The notes: generated from the sequence alone by a model not told the origin. Positions 30,145 through 41,230 are shown, counted from the first letter of the stretch. The stretch: DNA of 64,000 bases from Candidatus Eiseniibacteriota bacterium (GCA_963717935.1 CAVQXP010000002.1:224001-288000); one strand, 5' to 3'. Numbers and translations: made by a program.

Positions 30145-30831
30145 ATGGTCGCACCCGAGCCAGGCTCCGCATCGACGCGGATTCTCGTGGCCGCACAGAT
30201 CCAGATCTACTCCGAAGCGATCGAGCGGATTCTCACGTCAGTCCCGGGTTTCGAGTTCGTCGGGTCGCTTGCCACGGACGCCGAGATTCTCGACGCGGTT
30301 CAGCGTATGGCGCCGCGCGTCCTGATCCTGGATCTCACTGCGCACCTGATTCCCCGGTTGGAGATCGCCGCAACGGTGTCGAAGACCCAGTGCGGGGTGA
30401 GCGTGGTCGGCCTGCTTCCGGTGCTCCGCGCACGTCACGTGGAGTTGTTCCGGCGCAGCGGCATCTCGGGGCTCGTGGACAGGAACGCCACCACAAGCGA
30501 ATTCGTACACGCCATCGTGGAGGTGGCTGCGGGGCGCTGCTATCTGAGCCGTGGCTATGCGGGGCCCCTGCGTGCCCTGTACGCCGGCCGGGGGCCAGAA
30601 GCCATCGCGAACACGTGCGAGAGCCTGAGCGTGCGCGAGGAAGAAGTGTTGCGCCTCGTCATCCGGGGGTTTACGAGCCGCCAGATGGGGGATCGTCTCT
30701 TCATCAGCCCGCGTACCGTCGAGAATCACCTGGCCGAGCTCTATCGCAAGCTGAACCTGCACGACAGTCTTCAACTGTCGTGTGAGGCCTACCAGGATGA
30801 AGAGGCTGAGCTGCCGTTCGGCGAAGAGTAG
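30145..30831 (+). CDS. NarL/LuxR-type response regulator with an atypical receiver domain
   Basis: HTH LSVREEEVLRL...LFISPRTVENH...KL; receiver-like N-terminus; GGAGG RBS. Confidence 0.82.
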   Translation: MVAPEPGSASTRILVAAQIQIYSEAIERILTSVPGFEFVGSLATDAEILDAVQRMAPRVLILDLTAHLIPRLEIAATVSKTQCGVSVVGLLPVLRARHVELFRRSGISGLVDRNATTSEFVHAIVEVAAGRCYLSRGYAGPLRALYAGRGPEAIANTCESLSVREEEVLRLVIRGFTSRQMGDRLFISPRTVENHLAELYRKLNLHDSLQLSCEAYQDEEAELPFGEE

Positions 30832-31273
30832 CCCCGGCGCCGGCGTTGGAAGGGACCACGGACAGGCACGAGGCGGCCAGGATGATCTCAGAGGTTGAAG
30901 AGGGGTCGCCCTGCCCGGGATGCCGGGGCCGAGAGCACAACATCGTTCTGCTGCGGGTCGGCGCGGTGACGTGGTCGTGCCCGGCCCGCCATCGGGCGGC
31001 ACGAGCGCCCGACTTCTAGGAGTCGCCGGTCGCCCGGCCGGCCCTGCCGAACTGCCTCCGGCGCCGAAGCGCCCTGCCGGAACCTGGCGCTCCGCCGGTA
31101 CCTAGCGCCCCCGCCGGGAAAACCCGTAGGCCTACTCATCAAGCCGGCCACCTCCCGGCCGATAGAACCACTGGGCGACCGCTGCTTGGTGGACCTGCCG
31201 GTCGAACCGGACCCTCAACGTCTCCGCCTCCACCTCCACGTCGTCCACCGTACCCTCTGGGTGGATCAAAGCC

Positions 31274-33610
31274 ATGGGCAGCCTGTCGAAGACGGAACAG
31301 AGGCGGCGCCGGCTGTGGGCGCTCGCCGCCACACTGCTGGTCGGCCTGGTGGCCGAGGTGGCGATCATCGGTTCCTTCGGGACCGAGCAGACCGCGTTCG
31401 TGTTCCTTCCGCACGCGACCTACGGGGCCATCCTGGCCGGTCTCATGGCGCTGATTCTCCTCTTCGTGTTCTACGCCTCCCAGAGCCTGCGCGCGCTCGC
31501 GGCTGAGGAAAGTGAGAGCCAGCGCCTGGCGATGCGCGAAGCGGTGATCCACGAGAGACTGACCGGGGTCTCCGACCTGCTCGACACGATGGGCATGCTC
31601 GCGCAGAAGCCGGACCTCCATAGCGCGCTCAGTCTGGCCGTGAATCGAGCGCTTCCCTGTTTCGAGGCGGACTACTCGTCGGTCCTGCTGTTCATCCCGG
31701 GCACCGGGCAGCTCGAGACCCTCGTCTCGGTGGGGAGCGAGTCCGGGTCCCGGACCGCCCAGCTGCCCCGACCCGGTGAGGGGATGGTCGGGAGCGTGCA
31801 CGCCACCGGCGAGGCTCTGACCGCGAACACGCCACAGGCCTGTGCCTGCCTTGCCGACGAGCTGGGGCTGGAGTCGCCTCCGTGCTCTGCTCTGTGTGTG
31901 CCGCTCAGCTTCGACGGAGCCCGCCTCGGCGTGTTCTGCGTCGCCCGCATGACGCTCGACGAGCCCTTCACGCCCATGCACGCTCACGCGCTCGAGGTGC
32001 TGGCCTCGCACTGCGGGGCGACGGTCTTCAGGAGCCTCCACGATCGGCGCATCCACACCGAGCGGGCGGAGGCCCAGGCGGCGCTTCTCGACAGCGAGAG
32101 GCGCTACCGTCAGTTCTTCGAGCACGACATCGCCGGCGCCTACATCTCGAAGCCCGACGGGCAGATGCTGGACTGCAACTCGGCCTTCGCGCGCATACTG
32201 GGGTTCTCGACCGCCGCCGAGGCGCTCGCGAGCGACGTCGTCTCGCACTACCTGGCTGCCGACGCGCGTCGAGCGTTCCTGGACCGGCTTCGCACGCAGC
32301 GCAGCGTGGACCGGAGCGAGAACGTCCTGGGTCGCGCCGACGGGGAATCGGTCCACGTGATCGAGACGGCTGTCGGTGTCTTCGACCCGCAGGGCGAGCT
32401 GCTGGAGATCCATGGCTACGTGATCGACGACACGGAACGTCGCAGAGCCAACGAGCACCTCCAGCTCGCGCAGAGGATGGAGGTCTTCGGAAGGCTGACG
32501 GGGGGGCTCGCGCACGGCTTCAACAACATGCTCGCCGCCATCATGGGCAGCGCGCAGATGATCCAGATCCAGGCGCCGGCGGACCATCCGGCTCACGCGA
32601 AGGCCGCGAACATCCTGAAGGCCGCGACCCGGGCCGCGGCCTTGACGCGGCAGTTGCTGGTCTTCAGCCGCCAGCAAGCGCTTGGGCTCAAGCTGCTCGA
32701 CCTGAGCGCAATCGTGGCCGACATGGAGGACATGCTGGGGCAGGTGCTGGGCGCGAGCATCGAGGTCGTCGCCAAGCGGGGAGCCTCGCTGGATTCGGTG
32801 AAGGCCGACCCCGGACAGGTCCAGCAGGTTCTCCTCAACCTGGCCCTCAACGCGCGGGACGCCATGCCCAATGGCGGCACGCTCACGATCGAGACCGCCA
32901 ACGTGGAGCTGGACGACGCGTTCGCGGCCGGCGAGGGCCGGAGCATCGCGCCGGGCCCTTACGTCCTCCTCGCGGTGAGCGACACCGGCTGTGGCATGGA
33001 TGCGGAGACGCAGGCGCGGGCCTTCGAGCCCTTCTTCACCACCAAGGCCCCCGGCAAGGCCACGGGGCTCGGACTCTGGGCCGTCCATGGGATCGTCAGG
33101 CAGAGCGGCGGACACGTCGACATCCACAGCAAGCCCGGCCAGGGATCCACGATCAAGATCTACCTGCCCTGCGTGGAAGAGGTCAGCGTCACCGTCGAAG
33201 AAGACCCGCCTCGCCCGGGACGCGGCGGGGAGACCGTGCTCGTCGCCGAAGACGAGGAGCTGGTGCGCATGGTCGTTCGAGATGCCCTGACCTCGGGCGG
33301 GTACACGGTTCTCGAGGCGAAGAGCGCCGGCGAGGCGGTCGTGCTCTCCACGGGGCACGTGGGGCCGATCGACCTGCTCGTGACGGATGTGGTGATGCCC
33401 GGCAAGGGCGGGCACGACCTGGCGGCCCGGCTGACGAGATTGTTCCCGGACATGGCGGTGCTCTGCATCTCGGGCTACGCGGACCCGGGAGCCCTCTCCA
33501 ACGGAAGGCCAGGTCCCGAGACCGCGTTCCTCCAGAAACCCTTCACCTCCGAGGTCCTCCTGCGCAAGGTGCGCGAGACACTCGACGGACCTCGTCGCAA
33601 GGCCGCGTGA
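31274..33610 (+). CDS. Membrane hybrid histidine kinase (2 TM, GAF, PAS, HisKA, HATPase, REC)
   Basis: Motifs GGLAHGFNN, NLALNARDAM, DTGCGM, FEPFFTTK and REC VLVAEDE...TDVVMP...KPF. Confidence 0.9.
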   Translation: MGSLSKTEQRRRRLWALAATLLVGLVAEVAIIGSFGTEQTAFVFLPHATYGAILAGLMALILLFVFYASQSLRALAAEESESQRLAMREAVIHERLTGVSDLLDTMGMLAQKPDLHSALSLAVNRALPCFEADYSSVLLFIPGTGQLETLVSVGSESGSRTAQLPRPGEGMVGSVHATGEALTANTPQACACLADELGLESPPCSALCVPLSFDGARLGVFCVARMTLDEPFTPMHAHALEVLASHCGATVFRSLHDRRIHTERAEAQAALLDSERRYRQFFEHDIAGAYISKPDGQMLDCNSAFARILGFSTAAEALASDVVSHYLAADARRAFLDRLRTQRSVDRSENVLGRADGESVHVIETAVGVFDPQGELLEIHGYVIDDTERRRANEHLQLAQRMEVFGRLTGGLAHGFNNMLAAIMGSAQMIQIQAPADHPAHAKAANILKAATRAAALTRQLLVFSRQQALGLKLLDLSAIVADMEDMLGQVLGASIEVVAKRGASLDSVKADPGQVQQVLLNLALNARDAMPNGGTLTIETANVELDDAFAAGEGRSIAPGPYVLLAVSDTGCGMDAETQARAFEPFFTTKAPGKATGLGLWAVHGIVRQSGGHVDIHSKPGQGSTIKIYLPCVEEVSVTVEEDPPRPGRGGETVLVAEDEELVRMVVRDALTSGGYTVLEAKSAGEAVVLSTGHVGPIDLLVTDVVMPGKGGHDLAARLTRLFPDMAVLCISGYADPGALSNGRPGPETAFLQKPFTSEVLLRKVRETLDGPRRKAA

Positions 33611-33761
33611 GCCACTCCCATGCTCCATGACGAGTCCGGGCCTGAAACCGCGGCCGCTGCACCTCTGCCCCGGGCAGGGGAGCGGGAGATCGCGCCGGAG
33701 GTCCGGCTGGAAGGTCGGTACCTCCGACCCCGGGTCTCCCACCATGCCGGGGGGGGGCTCG

Positions 33762-36700
33762 ATGAATTCGATCCGGGGAGAGCCTCCGCGGCTCCGGGAC
33801 ACCGAGGCGGGAGGGCCTTGCGTGGACCACGTGCTGGTGGCCCAGGCGGAGGCCTCGATCGACGGGATCCTCATCGTCGACGGGCAGGGCGAGATCGTCT
33901 ACGCCAATCGGCGCTTCGCCGGCCTGTGGGGCTTCCCTGAAGCCGCGGCACTGACCGGGCCCGATGCGCCCCTTCTGCAGATGGCCCTCGAGAAGCTGGT
34001 GGACCCCGAGGGGTTCATCGCGAAGGTCGAACATCTTTACCGGCACCCCGAGGAGACGAGCCAGGACGAGGTCGCGCTGAAGGACGGCAGGGTCTTCGAC
34101 CGCTACTCCGCGCCGATCTCCCGTCCGGACGGGGTGCACGTGGGGCGGGTCTGGTTCTTCCACGACATCACCCGCCGTGCCCGGGCCGAGGAGGCGCTCC
34201 GGGAATCCCGGCAGTCCCTGGAGGCGATCATCAACAGCATCGCCGACCCTGTCTTCGTCAAGGATGCGGAACATCGGTTCACCCTCGTCAATGACGCCTT
34301 CTGCGCCATGCTCGGCGCTCCACGGGAGGCGATCCTGGGGAAGCGCGATGCCGACCTCTTCCCGCCGGAGCAGGTGAGCGTGTTCCTGCGGCAGGACGAC
34401 CTCGTCTTCGCGACCGGCATCCCCGACGTCAACGAGGAGATGATCACCGGCGCGGACGGCGCGGTCCGCACGATCGTCACCAAGAAGACCCTTCACACCG
34501 ACTCCGCGGGCCAGACGTTCATCGTGGGCGTGATTCGCGACATCACCGAGCAGATGCAGGCCGAGCGTTCCCGGCGCATGGCCCAACGGCGGGCCCAGGC
34601 GCTGCTGGAGCTTTTCCGGCTCCCACGGACCTCGGATGCGGCGCTCGTCGCCTTCGCCCTCGATCAACTGGTCTCCCTGACCGGGAGCAAGCTGGGCTTC
34701 ATCGGCTTCGTGGACGCGGCCGAAACCACGATGTCGGCGCATCTGTGGTCCGCCAAGGCGATGCAGGAATGCGCCATGGACAACATCCCCACCCAGTTCG
34801 ACGTCCGGGGCGGGGGGCTCTGGGCTGCCCCCGTCAGGGAGCACCAGGCCATCATCGTCAACGACTATGCCGCGCCCAGTCCGCTGAAGACGGGCTGCCC
34901 GGCGGGCCACGTCAAGCTCACCCGGTTCCTCGGCGTTCCGTTGATTCGAGACGGTCGCACGTGTCCTGGTCGCCGGCCTGGGCAACAAGGCCGCGGACTA
35001 CGACAAGTCAGACGAGGTCGATGCGACGCTGTTCCTCGAAGGCATCTGGGAACTCATCAACCGCAATCGCGCCGAGCGGGGGCTGATCCAGAGCCGGGCC
35101 CAGCTTGACGATGTCGGCGCGATGGGCCGTGTGGGTGGATGGGAACTCGACGTCGAGACGAAGGCGCTGCGCTGGACGAGCGAGACGTACCGGATCCACG
35201 AGGTCCCCGAAACGGAGAGTCCCGACCTGGCGCGGGCGGTCCTCTTCTACGACATGCCGGGGCGATCCACCCTGGAAGCCGCAGTGCAGCGCTGCATGGA
35301 GGCCGGGGAGTTGTTCGACCTCGTGCTTCCGTTCACCAGCGCGAAAGGCAGACAGCACTGGACGCGCGCGATGGGGTATCCGGTGAAGGCCGACGGCAAG
35401 GTGGTGAGGCTGGCGGGAACCTTCCAGGACATCACCGCGCGCAAGCAGGCGGAGGAGCGCATCGCCAGCCTGGTGGCCGCGGTCGAGCAAACGACCGATG
35501 ACAGCATCCTGCTGGACCTCGAGGGCCGCATCCAGTACGTGAACCCGGCTTTCGAGCGGACCACCGGCTACTCGTCGGAAGAAGCCGTGGGCCGGGATGT
35601 CAATGACCTTCTGTGCCGTGGCCTGGATGAAGCCCTGCTCCCGGAGATCTGGGAGAGCATCCGCAAGGGGCACCCGTGGAGGGGCCGCTTCAGCAATTGG
35701 ACGAAGGACGGACGCTTGATCCTCCTGGACGGCGCCGTTTCGGCCATCCGGGACCCGTCGGGGGCCATCATCGGCTATGTCTCGGCGCGTCGCGACGTCA
35801 CGAAGCAGGTGGAGATCGAGGCCCACCTCGCCCAGGCCGTCAAGCTCGAGGCGATCGGGACGCTCGCGGGCGGCATCGCCCACGACTTCAACAACATCCT
35901 GAGCGCCATCGTCGGCAACACGCAGCTGGCCCTGATGAGGTGCGCCGACGACCCGGCGGTCCAGCACGACCTGGAGGTCGTTCTCCAGGGGGCTCGACGC
36001 GCGACCGACCTCGTCAAGCAGATCCTCACGTTCAGCCGCCATGCCCTGCACGAGGAGGGCCCCGTCCAGGTGGGCCTCATCGTGAAGGAGGCCTCGAAGT
36101 TCCTGCGCGCAACGGTCCCATCGACGATCGAGATCCGCATGGACGTGCAGTCCACTTCCGTGGTCCTGGCCGATCCGACCGAGATCCACCGGATCATCGT
36201 CAACCTCTGCACGAACGCGGCTCTGGCCATGCACGAGCAGGGAGGGGTGCTGGAGATCGGGCTCGCGGACGTGGACGTGGACTCCTCGCTCGCGCAGCAG
36301 TTCCCCGGTGTGGCCGCCGGGAGATTCCTCCGGTTGCGCGTGCGCGACACCGGCCACGGCATGAGCCGCGAAGTGGTCGAGCACGTCTTCGAGCCCTTCT
36401 TCACGACGAGAGATGTGGGAAAGGGCGTGGGGCTGGGGCTTGCAGTCGTGCACGGAATCGTCACGAGCCTGCACGGTGCGATCACCGTGCAGAGCGCGCC
36501 GGGCAAGGGCACGACCTTCGAGGTCTACCTCCCCGTTGCCGAGATCGCCGTCCCGGACGAGGTGCCCCCTCTGGAGGGGGTCTGCCGTGGCACGGAGCGC
36601 GTGCTCGTGGTGGATGACGACCCGCTCGTCCTGGAGGTGGCGACGGACATGCTGCAGGAACTGGGCTTCGCGGTCCGGTCGGAGACGAGAGCCGCAGCAG

Positions 36701-37047
36701 CCCTGGCCGTGTTCGAGGCGGACCCACAGGCGTTCGATCTCGTGCTCACCGACATGACCATGCCGGGCATGACGGGGGACGTCCTGGCGGAGCGGCTGAA
36801 GCGCTGCCGGCCGGACATCCCGGTCATCCTCTGCTCGGGCTACACCGAAGAACAGATCCCGGAACGCACCAGGATGCAGGGGATCGATGAGTTCCTGATG
36901 AAACCGCTCTTCATGGGGCCGCTCTCGCAGCTCGTGCGCAAGGTGCTCGACGCGTCCCGCGACCGCACACACTCGGCAGGGGGGAGCGGCGCGCCGGCCA
37001 CGGGCCCGTCTACCGGAGGGGCATCCCCCAGGTCAGCCCGAACGTGA
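33762..37047 (+). pseudogene. Multi-PAS/GAF hybrid histidine kinase interrupted by a +1 frameshift near 34962 (pseudogene or sequencing error)
   Basis: The GAF domain ...FLGVPLIRDGRT continues as VLVAGLGNKAADYD... in the frame of ORF 35122-37047, which holds AHDFNN, HATPase and REC. Confidence 0.82.
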
Positions 37048-37780
37048 AGTCCGGCGCCCCATCCGTCAGGCCCACGGTGGCGGAAGCGCCCGCGGTGCCG
37101 CCCCACAGATCGCGCGATACGAGTGCGCCCACGCTCACCGGCGCAGCGATCCCATCCACGGCAGCGGTCGCGGCCGAACAGGTGATCGAAGCCGCCTTGC
37201 GGTCCCCGATCCGCGTGAGCATCAGCGTGCCCATGAACGGATCACGCAGGTCGAGATCCGCGGGATCGCCAAGCTTCCACCAGGCTGCGCCAGCGCCCAG
37301 GAACCACGAACCACCCACACCGCGCGTCGCGTCGAGCGTGGCGCCGAAGTCCCATTCACCGGTGCCGAGATCACCGGCCTCCGCCACCGGCGCCTTCACG
37401 GCGAGCCCCGCGCTGAGCGAGCCGCGGGAGGTCTGCGCGAGCCGTGCCGTGAAGCTCATCAGCGGGTCACCGATCCCCACGCGGATCCCCTCCACAGCCT
37501 CGGAATCGCGCACCCCGCGGCCACTGGCCGTGCTGTCGCCTTCCGCGTCACGGCCGGGCACGTAGCCACCGGGGGTGAGCAGCGCCGTTCCGTTCGCCGC
37601 GATCACGGGAATCGAAAGCCGCAAAGTGGCGTGGCCCAGGTCAAACGCGAGGCCATGGTTCCACGTCAGCGTGGTGCTGGTCTCGCCGCTCGCATAGTCA
37701 CCCGACACCGCATTCAGGCCGGCGTCATAGCGGACGTCCTGTGCCGCGGCGTGCGGCACAGGAAGCGTCCACAGCATCAT
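37010..37780 (-). CDS. Putative outer-membrane beta-barrel/transporter-like protein (start uncertain)
   Basis: Signal-like ...PHAAA, GIGDP, VKAPVA....LGTGEWDFG and terminal GLTDGAPDFTFGLTW. Confidence 0.62.
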   Translation of the reverse strand: MMLWTLPVPHAAAQDVRYDAGLNAVSGDYASGETSTTLTWNHGLAFDLGHATLRLSIPVIAANGTALLTPGGYVPGRDAEGDSTASGRGVRDSEAVEGIRVGIGDPLMSFTARLAQTSRGSLSAGLAVKAPVAEAGDLGTGEWDFGATLDATRGVGGSWFLGAGAAWWKLGDPADLDLRDPFMGTLMLTRIGDRKAASITCSAATAAVDGIAAPVSVGALVSRDLWGGTAGASATVGLTDGAPDFTFGLTWGMPLR

Positions 37781-37797
37781 CGCGACCGCCAGCGCCG

Positions 37798-38355
37798 TCA
37801 GGCGCCGACGATCTGCTTGAGCATCAGGTGCGCCTCGTCCATCTCGCGAACCATGGTGCGCAAGCGGTCCTGAAGCCGGTCCATGTCGCGGATCCTGTCG
37901 CGATCCTGCTGCATGACCGGATCCTGGCACACCTGATCCATCTTGCGGAGCATCAGCTGCACGCGTTCTCCGGCCTGGGTCATGTGCTGTCCCATCTCGC
38001 GGAACGCCGGGTCGGTGCCCTGCTTCTCCATCCACTGATTCAGCTCGCGCATGCGGGTCATCACGCCGTCCATCTCCTTCAACGAAACCCGCATCCGCTC
38101 CTGGCGCATCTGCTGATTCTGCTCCATGCGCTGGGTCTGCTTGCCCTGCTGCATCTGCTGCATCTGCTGGGTCTGCTGCATCTGCTGAGTCTGCTGGGCC
38201 TGCTGGGCCTTCTGCTGCGCCTGCTGCTGTGCCTGCTGCGCCTGCTGCTGCGCCTGCTGGGCCTGCTGCTGCGCCTGCTGCTGGGCGGACTGCGCCAGCG
38301 CGATCACAGCCAGGAGCATGCCCATGGCCACCACCACTGCCACCGCACGTTTCAT
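37798..38355 (-). CDS. Secreted Gln/Met-rich helical protein
   Basis: AAGGAGGAG RBS; signal peptide MKRAVAVV...ALA; QQQA/QQMQ repeats; QDRDRIRD. Confidence 0.78.
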   Translation of the reverse strand: MKRAVAVVVAMGMLLAVIALAQSAQQQAQQQAQQAQQQAQQAQQQAQQKAQQAQQTQQMQQTQQMQQMQQGKQTQRMEQNQQMRQERMRVSLKEMDGVMTRMRELNQWMEKQGTDPAFREMGQHMTQAGERVQLMLRKMDQVCQDPVMQQDRDRIRDMDRLQDRLRTMVREMDEAHLMLKQIVGA

Positions 38356-38772
38356 CTTGGTCCCTCCTCCTTGATTCGTGGACGGGTCGCGCGCCGACGT
38401 GAGCGTCGGCCCGGACGCAAGCGGCATCCCAGGTCGTGGTCGGCCACGGGTGCGGGGTGACCTCCATCCTCCGCGCCGCAGTCTCGATGCTCTCGCGCTC
38501 TGGGCGCCCTTCCTCGCCAGCCCTGGCGGTCGCGACCATGCGGCGCAAGGTACACCGCGCCCGAGCCAGACCACAAGAGGTGCCGGATCACGTCGAGACA
38601 CGGGTTGCCGGGGAGGTTGTCGCATGCGAAACGGGCTTCAAGTGGTCTTCTCCCCGATTCTTGATCCGGCGCGACTCTTGTTCAGGGACAGAGCTCCACT
38701 CGGGCGTGCGCGACTGGCCCCCCGTAGCACTCACTGCCCCGCTGCGCTAACCTGCCCTTCGGCCGCCCCCGT

Positions 38773-38848
38773 GACCCGTTAGCTCAGTCGGTAGAGCACC
38801 TGCCTTTTAAGCAGGGAGTCGCTGGTTCGATCCCAGCACGGGTCACCA
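38773..38848 (+). tRNA. tRNA-Lys (anticodon TTT), CCA encoded
   Basis: 76 nt; acceptor GACCCGT/ACGGGTC, anticodon arm CCTGC-CTTTTAA-GCAGG, T-loop GGTTCGATCCC. Confidence 0.96.
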
Positions 38849-39135
38849 CTTCGGGCCGCGGGCTCACCGGAGGCGCGTTCCCGTGACGCCGGCAGCCCCG
38901 CGCGCTCCGTGCGCGCCGCCGGCAGGTCGTGCCCGCTTCCTGGGCCCGCACCGGAGTCCGAAGGTCCGGGGTCGCCTGACGCACCTGTGTTTCAGTGTGA
39001 TAGCGTCAACTTTCTGCAAACCTCAAGGCCACCTTCGCGCATCTAGTAGAATCGACAGGATCGGTCCCCCGCGACGGGACCGGTCGCCAGGGCCGAGATT
39101 GCCAGGACCCCCGGGCCAGCCTCTGGAGAAGCATC

Positions 39136-39396
39136 GTGGATTGTACCGAGGTGATGGAGCAACTGTCCGACTACCTGGACGAGGACGTCCGGGTGGAACT
39201 GAAGAAGGCGGTGGACGAGCACCTGCACGCCTGCCACGATTGCAGCTACTACGTGGACTCGGTGCGCAAGACGGTCGTGCTCTACCAGGCCGAGCGGCGG
39301 ATCGAGGTGCCGATGAAGGCGACCGCTCGACTGCACGCAGCCCTGGCGGCTGAGTACGCCATGGAGTCCAGGAAGCGCCCCGGCCAGTCCGATTGA
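39136..39396 (+). CDS. zf-HC2 (ZAS) anti-sigma-factor-like protein
   Basis: MDC..V...LSDYLD and HLHACHDC (HxxxCxxC). Confidence 0.85.
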   Translation: MDCTEVMEQLSDYLDEDVRVELKKAVDEHLHACHDCSYYVDSVRKTVVLYQAERRIEVPMKATARLHAALAAEYAMESRKRPGQSD

Positions 39397-39497
39397 CACG
39401 CTTCCGCGCCGGACCCTAGACTGCCGCGCCTCATGAGCTCCTGACGGCCTGCGGGGCACCCCCGCGGGCCGTCTCGTTCCATCCGGCGGGAGACCCC

Positions 39498-40562
39498 ATG
39501 CAGCGCATCGGCATCCTCGGCCTGCCACGCTCCGGCAAGAGCACCCTCTTCGAGGTCCTGATGCAGGGCGCCGGGGCGCACGCCGCCCAGGCGGGGCGCG
39601 AGCAGTTGGGCGTGGTCCGCGTGCCCGACGAGCGGGTGGACCGGCTCGCCGCGATCTTTCAGCCGAAGAAGACCACGCACGCGCAGATCGAGTTCGTGGA
39701 CAGCGGTGCCGCCCGGGGCAGCCGCGAGGCCATCTCGGCCCGCGCCGCCGCCAAGGCGGACCTGTTCTCGGGCGTGCGCAACTGCGACGCGCTCCTGGCC
39801 GTGGTGCGCGACTTCGAGAGCGACCTGGAGCCCGCCCCCGACGGCGTGGACCCCGCCCGCGACCTGCGCAACCTCGAGGCCGAGTTCATCCTCAACGACC
39901 TCGCCATCGTCGAGAATCGCATGGAGCGGCTCGGCAAGGAGCTGCGCGTCGGCAAGAAGGAAGGCGAGCGCGAGCACGCCCTCCTGGAGAAGATCAAGGG
40001 CCTGCTCGAGGGCGAGCGCCCGCTGCGGGGCGAGCGCTTCGGGTCCGAGGAGGCGAAGGTCATCAAGGGCTTCCAGTTCCTTTCGCAGAAGCCGCTGCTG
40101 GTGGTGTACAACCAGGACGACGCCGCGACGCGCGTCCCGCCCCCGGCGGGTCCGGGCGCCCTGGCGGTGGCTCTCAAGGCACACCTCGAGCGCGAGATCG
40201 TCTCGCTGCCCCCGGAGGAGCGCCCGGCGTTCCGCTCGGAGATGGGGCTCGCTGAAGACGGTCTCTCGCTGGTCATCCGGGTCAGCTACGAGCTGCTCGG
40301 GCTGGTCTCGTTCTTCACGGTCGGACCCGACGAGGTGAAGGCGTGGACGATCCACCGCGGCGAGACGACGCTGGACGCGGCGGGGGCGATCCACACCGAT
40401 CTGGCGAAGGGCTTCATCCGGGCCGAGGTGGTCCACTGGGAGCACATGGTCGAGGCCGGGGGACACACGCCGACGACGCGCGAGAAGGGCTGGCTGAGCC
40501 TCGAGGGGCGCGACTACGTGGTGCAGGACGGCCAGTGCCTGGTCATCCGGTTCAACAAGTGA
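39498..40562 (+). CDS. ychF: YchF/Obg-like ribosome-binding ATPase
   Basis: Motifs GLPRSGKST, VPDERVD.L, FFTVGPDEVKAWT, AGAIHTDL.KGFIRAEV and EGRDYVVQDG. Confidence 0.93.
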   Translation: MQRIGILGLPRSGKSTLFEVLMQGAGAHAAQAGREQLGVVRVPDERVDRLAAIFQPKKTTHAQIEFVDSGAARGSREAISARAAAKADLFSGVRNCDALLAVVRDFESDLEPAPDGVDPARDLRNLEAEFILNDLAIVENRMERLGKELRVGKKEGEREHALLEKIKGLLEGERPLRGERFGSEEAKVIKGFQFLSQKPLLVVYNQDDAATRVPPPAGPGALAVALKAHLEREIVSLPPEERPAFRSEMGLAEDGLSLVIRVSYELLGLVSFFTVGPDEVKAWTIHRGETTLDAAGAIHTDLAKGFIRAEVVHWEHMVEAGGHTPTTREKGWLSLEGRDYVVQDGQCLVIRFNK

Positions 40563-40624
40563 AGCCGGGGTGCGGTCCCGCGCGCGGGCGTGGCCACCGC
40601 CGGGGAGTCCCGAGGGAGGCAACG

Positions 40625-41197
40625 ATGAGTCGAGTCCTGTGGCGGGCGCTGGTCCTGTTCGCGCTGCTCCTGGTCCACGCGCCGGCCTTCGCCGCGGCGC
40701 GGTTCGGCGAGGTGGGCGGGCACCTCTCGATCGGCTACGCGAAGCTGGTCACGACGGACGCTCCCGGCGGCTCGATCTCCATGGGCGCGGGCCTGGACTA
40801 CCCGCTGGCACGCACGCTGCGGGCCGGGCTCGACCTGGGCTACGATCTGCTCGGCAGCCGCACGGTCCAGCGCGGCAGCCTGTTCGGCTCGGTGGACTAC
40901 AGCGCCTTCGAGGCCACCGCGTTCCTGCACTGGCTCCCGCAGCGGGGGCTGGTGCGCCGCGTCTCGCTGGGCCCGGCCCTGGTCAACGCGCACGGGGATC
41001 TCTCGGTGACGGGGGGGGGCGCGGGCTTCAGCGATCTGGCGGTGCAGGAGTCGGCGGCCGCGGTCGCAGCGCAGGTCACGCTGATGCCGGCCAGGCCGGC
41101 TCCCGTGAGGCTGGGCCTCGAGCTGGGCGGCCGCCTGGCCTTCCTGGCGGGCGACGACTGGACGCTGCTGAGCTTGCGCGCGACCGTGCATTACTAG
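40625..41197 (+). CDS. Small secreted/outer-membrane beta-barrel protein
   Basis: Signal peptide ending PAFA; amphipathic strands; terminal aromatic residue (RATVHY). Confidence 0.65.
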   Translation: MSRVLWRALVLFALLLVHAPAFAAARFGEVGGHLSIGYAKLVTTDAPGGSISMGAGLDYPLARTLRAGLDLGYDLLGSRTVQRGSLFGSVDYSAFEATAFLHWLPQRGLVRRVSLGPALVNAHGDLSVTGGGAGFSDLAVQESAAAVAAQVTLMPARPAPVRLGLELGGRLAFLAGDDWTLLSLRATVHY

Positions 41198-41230
41198 CGG
41201 TGCGCCCGGCGTTTGCGTCCGCCCGCGCTT

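Noticed and set aside
38100..38290. Short tandem repeats as a CRISPR array or non-coding satellite
   Set aside because: In-frame Gln-rich coding repeats with no unique spacers and no cas genes.
38773..38848. tRNA-Lys (or tRNA-Leu) as the attachment site of an island covering the signalling genes
   Set aside because: No integrase and no duplicated tRNA 3' end seen; the accessory genes lie on the 5' side of the tRNA.
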